DNA of 63,253 nucleotides, the filler included. It is 5 parts of 5 records of this genome, joined end to end, with 100 filler letters (N's around TTAATTAATTAA, not from the genome) between each part and the next. Parts side by side here need not be neighbours in the genome. Positions count along the whole stretch, not along the records: positions 15,332 to 33,669 come from SRR2962707_4586; 4 more parts are not named here. The stretch is one strand, 5' to 3'. The translations under genes were made by a program, and so were the position numbers. Below are positions 18,379 to 27,454 of this stretch, piece by piece. The notes beneath the pieces were generated by a model. It made no database searches. It worked only from the letters and a program-made list of their open reading frames with translations, and was not told the origin of the DNA. How positions within the stretch are numbered: position 1 is the first letter of the stretch; the number at the start of each line of letters is the position of its first letter.

Positions 18379-19806
18379 ATGGCTGAAGTAACTGATTTAT
18401 ACAAAGAGCAGGAAACTGCTGAGGAAACCTTTCGTGATCACCTTGCAACGGTAGATCAGGAAGGAAAGCGAATCTGGGTATACCCGAAAAAACCAAAGGG
18501 TAAACTCACGAACTATCGTACACTCGTCAACACATTCCTGCTCATCTTTCTATTAGGAGCTCCATTTGTGAAAATAGATGGACAACCCTTTCTGCTCTTC
18601 AATATTTTTGAACGGAAGTTTATCATCTTCGGGCAAATATTCTGGCCGCAGGACTTTTTCCTTTTTGTAATCGGAATGATCACCACAGTGGTCTTCATCA
18701 TCCTGTTTACCGTTGTTTTTGGAAGGATTTTTTGTGGATGGATTTGTCCTCAGACCATCTTCATGGAAGGAGTTTTCCGAAAAATTGAGTATTGGATTGA
18801 GGGAGACTATATGGCGCAGCGTAAGCTGGACAAACAGCCATGGGATAAGGAGAAAATCCTGAAAAAAGGAAGCAAGCATTTCCTTTTCATTCTGGTGAGT
18901 AGCGTCATCATGCATACATTCATGGCCTACCTCGTAGGTGTAGATGAAGTTTGGAATATTATCCAGGAAGGTCCTGCTGAGAATACTGGTGGATTTATCG
19001 CAATGGTGGTCTTTACCGGACTATTCTATGGCGTTTTCAGTTGGATGCGTGAGCAGGTGTGTACCACCGTTTGTCCTTATGGCAGGCTGCAAGGTGTACT
19101 TCTAGATCGACAAAGCATTGTGGTGGCCTATGATCATCAGCGTGGAGAGGAACGAAGCAAATTCAGAAAAGATGAGGACAGAGAGGCTGTTGGTAAAGGA
19201 GATTGCATTGATTGTAAGCAATGTGTATATGTCTGTCCTACGGGCATTGATATTAGAAATGGAACTCAGTTGGAGTGCGTCAACTGTACAGCCTGCATCG
19301 ATGCTTGTGATTCCATTATGGATCGAATCGGTAAGCCAAAAGGATTGGTACGCTATGCTTCTGAGCAGAATGTAGCAGATAAGAAGCCATTCCAATTCAC
19401 CACAAGAATGAGAGCCTATTCAGGCGTGTTAGTGCTGTTGGTTGGGGTGCTGGTGACTTTGCTTTTGATCCGTTCAGACTTTGAAACAACGATTTTGCGT
19501 ACGCCTGGTATTCTGTATCAGGAGCGCGAAGACGGCATGTTGACCAACCTGTATCAGGTGAAGATGGTTAACAAGACCAATAATCCTATGGATGTTCGTT
19601 TTGAGTTGTTGGAGCCGGCAGGTGAGATTGAAATGGTTGGCGGTGATATCCAATTAACAGAACAAGGAATCGGAGAAGGCGCCTTCTTTGTGGTAATCGA
19701 TCCGAACAATCTGGAAAAAATGAGCTCAAAAATTGAAATTGGCGTGTACTCCGGAGATGAATTGGTAGAGACGGTCGGCACTAAATTTTTAGGCCCAGCC
19801 AAGTAA
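18379..19806 (+). CDS. ccoG: Cytochrome c oxidase accessory 4Fe-4S protein CcoG/FixG
   Basis: GRIFCGWICPQT, REQVCTTVCPYGRLQG, CIDCKQCVYVCPTGIDIRNGTQLECVNCTACIDAC. Confidence 0.95.
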   Translation: MAEVTDLYKEQETAEETFRDHLATVDQEGKRIWVYPKKPKGKLTNYRTLVNTFLLIFLLGAPFVKIDGQPFLLFNIFERKFIIFGQIFWPQDFFLFVIGMITTVVFIILFTVVFGRIFCGWICPQTIFMEGVFRKIEYWIEGDYMAQRKLDKQPWDKEKILKKGSKHFLFILVSSVIMHTFMAYLVGVDEVWNIIQEGPAENTGGFIAMVVFTGLFYGVFSWMREQVCTTVCPYGRLQGVLLDRQSIVVAYDHQRGEERSKFRKDEDREAVGKGDCIDCKQCVYVCPTGIDIRNGTQLECVNCTACIDACDSIMDRIGKPKGLVRYASEQNVADKKPFQFTTRMRAYSGVLVLLVGVLVTLLLIRSDFETTILRTPGILYQEREDGMLTNLYQVKMVNKTNNPMDVRFELLEPAGEIEMVGGDIQLTEQGIGEGAFFVVIDPNNLEKMSSKIEIGVYSGDELVETVGTKFLGPAK

Positions 19807-19821
19807 TAAGAATTGATAATT

Positions 19822-19856
19822 GCCAATGGCTAAAAGCCAAAGGCCAAAAGCTATAT
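19822..19856 (+). repeat. Five degenerate tandem heptamers (GCYAAWR-like) between ccoG and fixH
   Basis: GCCAATG GCTAAAA GCCAAAG GCCAAAA GCTATAT. Confidence 0.6.
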
Positions 19857-19859
19857 GTT

Positions 19860-20282
19860 ATGAATTGGGGAAAAGGAATCGTACTGGCATTTATTTGTTT
19901 CGCCTCATTTATTGGCTACATGGTAGTCAGGGCATTTCAGGAAGATTTTGACCTGGTAGCAGAAGATTACTATGCTCAGGAGATCAATTATCAGAAGAAG
20001 CTGAATCAACTTTCCAATGCGGCTGAAGATGGCAAATCAGTTTTGGTGCGACAGGTAGGCAAAAACATTGAATTGAAGTTTCCTGGGGATGCTTCCGGTA
20101 AGATTTATTTCTATCATCCATCCAGAAAGATGTTTGATAAGACCTTTGATATCAAGCTTTCTGACGATAACACCCAGTTGGTTGAAAAGTCAGAATTAGT
20201 CCCCGGTAGTTATCGTGTTAATATCACCTGGAATACGGATCAGCAGGAGTATTATCAGCAATCGACTATTTACATTCAATGA
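19860..20282 (+). CDS. fixH: FixH/CcoH family protein
   Basis: MNWGKGIV...DLVAEDYYAQEINYQ motif, position after ccoG. Confidence 0.88.
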   Translation: MNWGKGIVLAFICFASFIGYMVVRAFQEDFDLVAEDYYAQEINYQKKLNQLSNAAEDGKSVLVRQVGKNIELKFPGDASGKIYFYHPSRKMFDKTFDIKLSDDNTQLVEKSELVPGSYRVNITWNTDQQEYYQQSTIYIQ

Positions 20283-20959
20283 TTGGAGCACTTGTCATCG
20301 GCCTGTTTGGAAGTCTGCACTGCGTAGGTATGTGCGGTCCGGTGATGATGGCTTTCATGGGTCCTCGACAATCTAAGGTTGGCTTTGCACTTTACCATGC
20401 CGGCAGGATTTTGACCTATGTACTACTTGGTGGATTTTTAGGTTTGATTGGTGCATCGGCGGTGCTTTTCCAATTCCAGCAAATCATGGTGCTGATATTG
20501 GGTATCCTACTCTTGTTTTTGTACGGTGTGCCTATGGTCAGACATAAGCTTGAGAGGTTTTACTATGAATCCAAATTCTATGGATTCCTCAAATCTTTTC
20601 TCTCCAGAAACCTATCGATGCGCAGAAAATGGTTTATGAGTGGCGTAGCGAATGGCTTTTTCCCATGTGGCCTGACCTATGTGGCGGCAGCTGGTGCTGT
20701 GGCTTTAGGTAATCCGTTGGAAGGGGCATTGTTTATGGTCCTATTCGGATTGGGGACATTGCCGTCATTGATGGTTGTCAGTTTTGCCGGGAATAGCATT
20801 TTTGGACGGGTTAAACGATTTATTCCACGCTCAGTCACTGCCTTGGCAATTCTTTCAGGATCTATCATGATTCTTAGAGGCTTGCTCACAACCTTCCCAC
20901 AATTCAATCAGATGGTGCAAGCCAATGCCGCTGGATTGGTCACTGTGTGCGGGCTATAA
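20279..20959 (+). CDS. DsbD_2 / TauE-SafE-like membrane protein of cbb3 assembly clusters
   Basis: GSLHCVGMCGP, YHAGRILTY, NGFFPCGLTY, FGLGTLP; ATGA overlap with fixH. Confidence 0.88.
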   Translation: MIGALVIGLFGSLHCVGMCGPVMMAFMGPRQSKVGFALYHAGRILTYVLLGGFLGLIGASAVLFQFQQIMVLILGILLLFLYGVPMVRHKLERFYYESKFYGFLKSFLSRNLSMRRKWFMSGVANGFFPCGLTYVAAAGAVALGNPLEGALFMVLFGLGTLPSLMVVSFAGNSIFGRVKRFIPRSVTALAILSGSIMILRGLLTTFPQFNQMVQANAAGLVTVCGL

Positions 20960-20979
20960 AAAAAGGAGCCAAGGCTCCT
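20958..20979 (-). terminator. Rho-independent terminator for the minus-strand lipoprotein gene
   Basis: Hairpin AGGAGC-CAAG-GCTCCT preceded on + by an A7 run, which is the U-tract on the minus strand. Confidence 0.65.
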
Positions 20980-21000
20980 CTCTGAGGTATTCTTTTGGTA

Positions 21001-22158
21001 CTATAAAAGCGTGTAGGTAGGCACGAAGGTGAGCATATTGTATATGTCAAGACTATTGTCACCAAGTGTTGAGATGTAGGATATTGTTTTCAGATCCACA
21101 TCAATTGTCACGAGATAGGTTTTGTATAAGCTTGTCGCGAATAGCAATCCATATGTATTCCCATTTCCATCTTGTGCTAGTGATTTCATTGTTAACCATT
21201 CAGTAGAAAAATCATCTTCAAATCCAATGAAATTGGTGATTGAAATAGCCTCCAGATTTGATCCATCGGAGATGTTGAATCTATCAATCGAAATTTGTTT
21301 GTCTCCCGTAATCCAACCATTGGCCACAACAATGTAATCCTCATTTTTATTGAAAACCAAGCCCATCCCACAACAAATATTGGCTTTAGTGGGATTTGCT
21401 CTATACCCATCTACACTGAATTTCATGATGCCATTGCTTACTCCGGCTTTAATATTCCCAATAGCAAGTAGACTATCATCCTTGTTGACATACCAATTAT
21501 TGATTGCATTCCACTTTGCCGCCGTACCATTGTTATCCGATCCATCATTATCATTAATTATGAGTGCAGTTTTACTTTCTGGATTGATTGTGTATAGTTT
21601 TCCTCCTGCCTGCGAGTCTTCACTTGCGTAGAATAGTTTCTGCTTTGAATGATAGGTAAAAGCTCTAACTGATCTTAGAGTCATTCCATCTAAAGATGCT
21701 GTAAAAAGTGATGTTTTGCTACCATCTGTCGGATCCAGATCATAGAACTGGCCTGATTTACTGTGAGAAGTAATCAGGGTTAGTTTGTCAGATACGGTCA
21801 CCTGACCACTCACCAGATTGGATACTTCGATTTCGATTTCATCCGTTGAATAGGTTTCTGAACCAACCTCCCATTCAAAATCAAATAGAACTGTTGTAAG
21901 ATCCTCACTTCCGTTATTCAATTTCATCCAAAGCGTAGAACCTGCTGGCAAGGCTGGTGCCTCGTTAACATAAGTCTCTCCGTCTGTTGAATATTGTATG
22001 ATCAGATCACCTCCCATGGTGTATTCATCAGAGAATATTTTAAAATCTGAGACAGAATAAGTTACTATTGAATCATCCTTCTTACAGGATGAGATGAGAA
22101 TAAGGAACGCAAAACATCCTGCTAAGACTCCCCAAATGAGTTTTCTAGAAATTTTCAT
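21001..22158 (-). CDS. Hypothetical lipoprotein, probably surface-exposed, beta-rich/propeller-like C-terminal region
   Basis: Lipobox LISS-C followed by KKDD, matching the Bacteroidota lipoprotein export signal K-(D/E)2. Repeated LYTINP/FYDLDP/LVTIDV blade-like motifs. No family recognised. Confidence 0.7.
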   Translation of the reverse strand: MKISRKLIWGVLAGCFAFLILISSCKKDDSIVTYSVSDFKIFSDEYTMGGDLIIQYSTDGETYVNEAPALPAGSTLWMKLNNGSEDLTTVLFDFEWEVGSETYSTDEIEIEVSNLVSGQVTVSDKLTLITSHSKSGQFYDLDPTDGSKTSLFTASLDGMTLRSVRAFTYHSKQKLFYASEDSQAGGKLYTINPESKTALIINDNDGSDNNGTAAKWNAINNWYVNKDDSLLAIGNIKAGVSNGIMKFSVDGYRANPTKANICCGMGLVFNKNEDYIVVANGWITGDKQISIDRFNISDGSNLEAISITNFIGFEDDFSTEWLTMKSLAQDGNGNTYGLLFATSLYKTYLVTIDVDLKTISYISTLGDNSLDIYNMLTFVPTYTLL

Positions 22159-22304
22159 AAGTCAATTTTTAATGAGCCAACAATTTATTTTGGAGAAGAG
22201 AGGAGAGCCATGCGTGTGCATTTACATTAAGACTACAGAAACAATAAGTTGTACAAATAAGAAGGATTGATTTCTTGATGGCCATGAATTCCAACCATTC
22301 AAGA

Positions 22305-22318
22305 TTGATTTAAGTCAG
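22305..22318 (+). promoter_or_regulatory. CRP/FNR-like box upstream of hemN
   Basis: TTGAT-TTAA-GTCAG (consensus TTGAT-N4-ATCAA). Bacteroidota -7 element TACTTTTG at 22363-22370 starts 58 nt after the box start. Confidence 0.7.
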
Positions 22319-22384
22319 TTTACCCGCTTTTATTTATCAACATGCCAGCTGTCTGAGCCCAATACTTTTGTAGAAAATTCAGCC

Positions 22385-23728
22385 ATGGAGAATCTTAAGA
22401 AATACAACATCCCTGTTCCACGATACACCAGCTACCCAACTGTTCCTTTTTGGGAACCCGAATCTTTCAATGAGAAGTCCTACGTCAAAGCACTGGGAAC
22501 AGCTTTTTGGGAAAGCAGCAAGGAAGTAAGTCTATACATTCACCTTCCCTTTTGCGAAAGTCTTTGTACGTATTGCGCGTGCAACACCAGGATCACCAAG
22601 AACCATGGCGTTGAAGAGCCTTACATTGATCATGTAATCAAAGAATGGATGATGTATCTGGAGAGATTGCCCGAAGAACCGATCATTCGGGAAATCCATC
22701 TTGGTGGAGGGACACCTACCTTCTTTTCTCCTGAAAATCTGGAAAGACTTATTTACAGCATTGTTGGCAGTGCCCTGCTCTCAGATGAATTTCAGATGAG
22801 CTTTGAAGGACACCCGGCTAATACCACCCCCGCGCATTTGCAAACACTGTTTGAACTTGGTTTTGACAGGGTAAGCTTCGGAATCCAGGATTTTGATATA
22901 AATGTTCAGCGGTTGATTAACAGAATGCAGTCATTTGAACAAGTGAAGGCCATTACTGAGAAAGCCAGAGAAATTGGATACACTTCTGTGAATTACGACA
23001 TGGTCTATGGACTTCCGGGACAAACAACCGAGTCTGTTAAAAAGACACTGGAGCAAATCATTGCGCTAAGACCAGAGCGGATTGCCTATTATAGCTATGC
23101 GCACGTTCCTTCCATGCGTCCGGCTCAGCGATCTTACGAGGATCATCTTCCATCGGGTGACGAAAAATGGGATTTCATGCGACAAGGCAAACAAGCCTTC
23201 ATCGAGTCGGGGTATGAAGAAGTTGGGATGGATCACTTCGTACTGCCTGGTGATGAATTGCTGGAGGCTAGAAAAAATGGAAATCTGCACCGAAATTTCA
23301 TGGGGTATACGCCTTTTGCCAGTAAGCTTTTGATAGGGCTTGGCATGAGTGCAATCAGCGATGGTTGGACAACTTTTGCTCAAAATGAAAAAACCCTCCC
23401 GGCTTACTACGAAAAATTGGATAATAACCAGCTTCCATTGAGTAGAGGACACATTCACACAGGAGAAGACCTGTTCTTTCGTAAGCACATTCTGAACCTG
23501 ATGTGCGATTTCCAGACCAGTTGGTTCGAGGAGGAATTTATGGATTTTGGAGTTGGATTTAATTATCAACTCATAGAGCAGCTGGAAGAAGAAAAGATGA
23601 TACTGTTCAATGAAACTGGGATGGTGGTGACGCCTCAGGGCAAAGAAATCATTCGGGTTATTTGTTCCACACTGGATGCACGACTGAATCGATCAAGAGG
23701 ATCCCAGAACTTCAGCAAGGCTATCTAG
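22385..23728 (+). CDS. hemN: Oxygen-independent coproporphyrinogen III oxidase (radical SAM)
   Basis: PRYTSYP, LYIHLPFCESLCTYCAC, HLGGGTPT, GMDHF, LHRNFMGYT. Confidence 0.95.
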   Translation: MENLKKYNIPVPRYTSYPTVPFWEPESFNEKSYVKALGTAFWESSKEVSLYIHLPFCESLCTYCACNTRITKNHGVEEPYIDHVIKEWMMYLERLPEEPIIREIHLGGGTPTFFSPENLERLIYSIVGSALLSDEFQMSFEGHPANTTPAHLQTLFELGFDRVSFGIQDFDINVQRLINRMQSFEQVKAITEKAREIGYTSVNYDMVYGLPGQTTESVKKTLEQIIALRPERIAYYSYAHVPSMRPAQRSYEDHLPSGDEKWDFMRQGKQAFIESGYEEVGMDHFVLPGDELLEARKNGNLHRNFMGYTPFASKLLIGLGMSAISDGWTTFAQNEKTLPAYYEKLDNNQLPLSRGHIHTGEDLFFRKHILNLMCDFQTSWFEEEFMDFGVGFNYQLIEQLEEEKMILFNETGMVVTPQGKEIIRVICSTLDARLNRSRGSQNFSKAI

Positions 23729-23733
23729 ATCTT

Positions 23734-23757
23734 AATAAAGGATTTTTTTGTCCGAAT
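23734..23757 (+). promoter_or_regulatory. Candidate Rrf2 operator (autoregulatory site)
   Basis: AATAAAGGAT-TTTTTT-GTCCGAAT with imperfect palindromic core GGAY-N6-RTCC. A related copy lies at 24239-24262. Confidence 0.5.
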
Positions 23758-23795
23758 TGTATTGTAAACTACCTTGAGCTAAAATTTATTTGAGG

Positions 23796-24221
23796 ATGTT
23801 TTCAAAGGCATGTGAGTACGCAATTAAAATAATGATCTATATCGCTGGTAACAGCAAGGATGATAAGCGGATTGGGTTGAAAGAAATCACAGTAGCAATC
23901 GATTCACCCGAAGCATTCACAGCTAAAATTCTTCAACAACTTGTAAAGGCCAATTTGCTAAAATCATTTAAGGGGCCAACCGGGGGCTTTGAATTGAGTG
24001 AGGAGGAAATTCAGTTGATGGACATAGTTGTCGCTATTGATGGAAGAAAGTTACTCGAACATTGCGTACTCGGATTAACCTATTGTTCCAGTGAAAATCC
24101 CTGTCCTATTCATGATCGATTTATCCCAGTAAGGCAGATGCTAAAAGAAACCTTGCTATCAACTCAATTGAAAGATAATAGCTTACTTGAAGGAGCTATT
24201 TTCTCTAATAAAACACTATGA
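23796..24221 (+). CDS. Rrf2-family transcriptional regulator with three C-terminal Cys (Fe-S)
   Basis: MFSKACEYA, FTAKILQQLVK...KGPTGGF, IVVAIDG, CVLGLTYCSSENPCPIH. Confidence 0.92.
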   Translation: MFSKACEYAIKIMIYIAGNSKDDKRIGLKEITVAIDSPEAFTAKILQQLVKANLLKSFKGPTGGFELSEEEIQLMDIVVAIDGRKLLEHCVLGLTYCSSENPCPIHDRFIPVRQMLKETLLSTQLKDNSLLEGAIFSNKTL

Positions 24222-24238
24222 ATTATTCGGTTTACAAT

Positions 24239-24270
24239 AATAAAAGATAAAATGATCCGAAAATCTTTTA
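24239..24270 (+). promoter_or_regulatory. Candidate Rrf2 operator upstream of the nos operon
   Basis: AATAAAAGAT-AAAATG-ATCCGAAA resembles 23734-23757. Also a perfect 8-bp inverted repeat TAAAAGAT(24241-48)/ATCTTTTA(24263-70). Confidence 0.5.
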
Positions 24271-24272
24271 AT

Positions 24273-24286
24273 ATGACTTAAATCAT
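24273..24286 (+). promoter_or_regulatory. CRP/FNR-like box upstream of cytochrome c-fasciclin-nosZ operon
   Basis: ATGAC-TTAA-ATCAT; its 12-bp core is the exact reverse complement of the hemN box core. -7-like AAATTTTG at 24331-24338 starts 58 nt after the box start. Confidence 0.7.
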
Positions 24287-24357
24287 TTTCTGAATTGAGC
24301 ATTGCCATAATTACTCTGGCTGTTGTGAGGAAATTTTGAATACCAAAACACACAATC

Positions 24358-24822
24358 ATGAAAAACATATGCTCATTATCACTTATAATCCTCATTGTGG
24401 TTGTATCAGCCTGTGATGGGGGTAAGAGTAAGTCACAAGAAATATTAGAAAAGTCTCGAATTACACCAACGGATCCTTATGAACAATGGGAGTCTAATCA
24501 TGGAGTTGGCCCGGTTAAAGCATTTGAACTTCCAGATGCGCTAGACGAAACACTAGCTGCAAAGGGAAAGGAAATTTATGAAGCCAAATGTACAGCTTGC
24601 CATAAACCAGACAAGAAGTTCATCGGACCTGCACCTACCGGAATTCTGCTGAAAAGAACACCTGCATGGGTAATGAATATGATTCTTAACCCTGAGGAGA
24701 TGGTACAAAAGGACCCGATTGCAAAGAAACTATTGATGGAATTCAATGGATCCCCAATGGCAAATCAAAATCTGACAGAGGAAGAAGCTCGAGCTGTGCT
24801 TGAGTACTTCCGGACACTCTAG
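24358..24822 (+). CDS. Mono-haem c-type cytochrome lipoprotein (putative NosZ electron donor)
   Basis: Lipobox VSA-C; CTACH; IGP..; WVMNMILNPEEM; distal Met in SPMANQNL. Confidence 0.9.
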   Translation: MKNICSLSLIILIVVVSACDGGKSKSQEILEKSRITPTDPYEQWESNHGVGPVKAFELPDALDETLAAKGKEIYEAKCTACHKPDKKFIGPAPTGILLKRTPAWVMNMILNPEEMVQKDPIAKKLLMEFNGSPMANQNLTEEEARAVLEYFRTL

Positions 24823-24843
24823 AAAACTAAAAATTTTTTACTC

Positions 24844-25410
24844 ATGAAACACACAATAAACCTAACATGGATGGCATCAATGATTTTTCTGATGCTGTCT
24901 TGTAGCCCACCAGCCGATGACTCAAGTTCGTCGGCAAGTACACCGGAGAGCCACCCAAAAGGCCAAGCTTCGGTAGTTGACGAAGATTCAGATAAGAATA
25001 TCCTTCAAGTAGCCGTGTCTTCAGAAGCGCACACCACATTAGTGGCAGGTGTCCAAGCGGCTGAGATTGAACATGTATTGGTCAATGCAGGGCCTCTTAC
25101 CGTTTTTGCCCCAACTAATGATGCGTTTGATGCACTGCCTGAGGGTGTCCTTGAGAATCTCCTTAAACCTGAAAATAAGGGAGATCTGGCTGCTATCATC
25201 ACTCGTCATGCAGCGCCCGGTTCTTACGATCAGGAAGCCTTGAAGAAAGAAGCTTCCAAGGGAAGAAAGCTGTACATGGCCACAGGTGATTACCTAGAAG
25301 TGGTGGTGAATGGTGATGAAATCACGGTTGGAGGAGCCAAAGTACTCGCAACCATTCAAACATCAAACGGGGTGATCAATGTAGTGGACAAAGTGATTTT
25401 ACCAAACTAA
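24844..25410 (+). CDS. Fasciclin (FAS1) domain lipoprotein
   Basis: Lipobox MLS-C; H1 motif GPLTVFAPTNDAF; H2 motif SNGVINVVDKVILP. Confidence 0.9.
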   Translation: MKHTINLTWMASMIFLMLSCSPPADDSSSSASTPESHPKGQASVVDEDSDKNILQVAVSSEAHTTLVAGVQAAEIEHVLVNAGPLTVFAPTNDAFDALPEGVLENLLKPENKGDLAAIITRHAAPGSYDQEALKKEASKGRKLYMATGDYLEVVVNGDEITVGGAKVLATIQTSNGVINVVDKVILPN

Positions 25411-25419
25411 AGAATTCAA

Positions 25420-27393
25420 ATGTTATCAATCATGAAGATTAAACAAATCATATTTTCTGTCATCATTTTGGCAGTTATCCTTATACTGGCCGGTTCGTGT
25501 GGTCAGCAGGGCAACCAGAATAGTGCTCTGAGTAGCAACATGGCCGAACGTTCATTTGTGCCGCCCGGTGAGCACGATGAATTCTACGCATTTATTTCCG
25601 GGGGATTCAGTGGACAGTTGGCCGTCTATGGACTGCCGTCCGGAAGGCTTTTTAGAGTCATCCCCGTATTCTCATTGGATGCGGAGAAAGCCTACGGTTT
25701 CAACGAAGAGACCAAGCCATTGCTCAATACATCGTTTGGATTTGTGCCATGGGATGATTCCCACCACCCTGATCTTTCTCAAACCAATGGTGAAATTGAT
25801 GGCAGATGGTGCTTTATTAATGGAAACAATACACCGAGGATTGCCAGAATCAGCCTTTCAACATTTGAAACGGAAGAGATTATCGAACTACCCAATAGCG
25901 CGGGTAATCACAGTTCGTCCTTTGTTACTGAAAATACAGAATACATTGTAGCGGGAACTCGATTCAGTGTGCCTGTACCTCAGCGGGATATGCCCATCGA
26001 AGAATACAAAGGAAACTTCAAAGGAGCTTTGTCCTTTATTTCTGTAGATCAGGAGACCGGCCGATTTGATCTGAAATTTCAGGTAATGATGCCTGGGTTC
26101 AATTTTGATTTAGCCCACCCAGGACGTAAGGCATCACATGGCTGGATGTTCTTTACAACATATAATACAGAAGAAGCTAATTCACTTTTGGAAGTAAATG
26201 CTTCTCAGAATGACAAGGATTTCATTGCGGCGATAAATTGGAAAAAGGCAGAAGAATTGATTGCAAATGGCGAGTTCGAAACCATTACGTCCGAGTATGC
26301 TCATAATGTTTTCGATGAATCTACCCAAATGGCCACCTCTACAATCAAGAAGGAAGTAAAGGTGCTGGATCCTTCCAAGTATCCGGGTCTGGTTTATTTC
26401 TTGCCTACTCCCAAATCTCCTCACGGTTGTGACGTAGATCCTTCCGGAGAATACATTATAGGAAGTGGAAAACTGGCTGCATCCATGACGGCACACTCCT
26501 TTACCAAAATGTTGGATGCCATTGAAAATGAGAAATTTGATGGTGAAGCCTATGGCATTCCTATCATTAATTATGAAGACGTAGTGGCAGGGTCAGTACA
26601 GGGTGCAGGTCTTGGCCCATTGCATACAGAGTTTGATGGAAGAGGGAATGCCTATACTACTTTCTTTATTAGTTCGGAAGTGGTGAAATGGAAGCTGGGA
26701 ACGTGGGAAGTGCTGGATCGTCAGCCAACCTTTTATTCTGTAGGGCACCTGATGATCCCAGGGGGCAATTCCAGGAAACCATTTGGCAAGTACCTGGTGG
26801 CAATGAACAAGATCACAAAGGACAGATATTTACCTACTGGGCCTGAATTGACTCAATCTGCGCAGCTTTTTGATATTTCAGGGGATAAAATGGAATTGAT
26901 TCTGGATTTCCCAACTGTTGGTGAACCGCACTATGCAGCGGGTGCTCCAGCCGATTTGATAAAGGCCAATCAAACCAAGTTCTATCAGTTGGAAGAGAAT
27001 AATCACCCTCATGCCGTGAAAAGTGAGAAGGAAACCCGTGTTGAGAGAAATGGCAATGAAGTTCACATTTACATGACTACTATAAGAAGTCACTTTGCTC
27101 CCGACAATATCGAGGGGATCAAAGTAGGAGACAAAGTCTATTTCCATGTGACCAATCTAGAGCAGGATTTTGATGTACCGCATGGTATTAGTATGATTGG
27201 AGCTAATACTTCGGAATTACTCATTATGCCTGGTCAAACAGAGACCTTCATATGGGAACCCAAAAGAGAAGGGGTATGGCCGTTCTATTGTACGGATTTC
27301 TGTTCTGCACTCCATCAGGAAATGCAGGGATATGTCAGGGTCTCTGCCAGAGGAGCGAATGTTTCTTTAAAATGGACACTCGACGGAGAGTAG
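25420..27393 (+). CDS. nosZ: Clade II (Sec-dependent) nitrous oxide reductase, lipoprotein-type signal
   Basis: No twin-arginine motif; lipobox AGS-C. CuZ His motifs DSHHP, GNHSS, SPHG, PLHT, VGHL, EPHY; CuA motif HG...CTDFCSALHQEM. No fused C-terminal cytochrome c. The start could be ATG 25432. Confidence 0.97.
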   Translation: MLSIMKIKQIIFSVIILAVILILAGSCGQQGNQNSALSSNMAERSFVPPGEHDEFYAFISGGFSGQLAVYGLPSGRLFRVIPVFSLDAEKAYGFNEETKPLLNTSFGFVPWDDSHHPDLSQTNGEIDGRWCFINGNNTPRIARISLSTFETEEIIELPNSAGNHSSSFVTENTEYIVAGTRFSVPVPQRDMPIEEYKGNFKGALSFISVDQETGRFDLKFQVMMPGFNFDLAHPGRKASHGWMFFTTYNTEEANSLLEVNASQNDKDFIAAINWKKAEELIANGEFETITSEYAHNVFDESTQMATSTIKKEVKVLDPSKYPGLVYFLPTPKSPHGCDVDPSGEYIIGSGKLAASMTAHSFTKMLDAIENEKFDGEAYGIPIINYEDVVAGSVQGAGLGPLHTEFDGRGNAYTTFFISSEVVKWKLGTWEVLDRQPTFYSVGHLMIPGGNSRKPFGKYLVAMNKITKDRYLPTGPELTQSAQLFDISGDKMELILDFPTVGEPHYAAGAPADLIKANQTKFYQLEENNHPHAVKSEKETRVERNGNEVHIYMTTIRSHFAPDNIEGIKVGDKVYFHVTNLEQDFDVPHGISMIGANTSELLIMPGQTETFIWEPKREGVWPFYCTDFCSALHQEMQGYVRVSARGANVSLKWTLDGE

Positions 27394-27405
27394 ATAAACC
27401 TCTTC

Positions 27406-27439
27406 AGAGCGGGCACCTCAATGATAGGTGGCCCGCTCT
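27406..27439 (+). promoter_or_regulatory. Strong intercistronic stem-loop after nosZ (no U-tract)
   Basis: AGAGCGGGCACCT-caatgat-AGGTGGCCCGCTCT, 13-bp stem with one bulge. Confidence 0.7.
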
Positions 27440-27454
27440 TAAATAATCAAAGAG

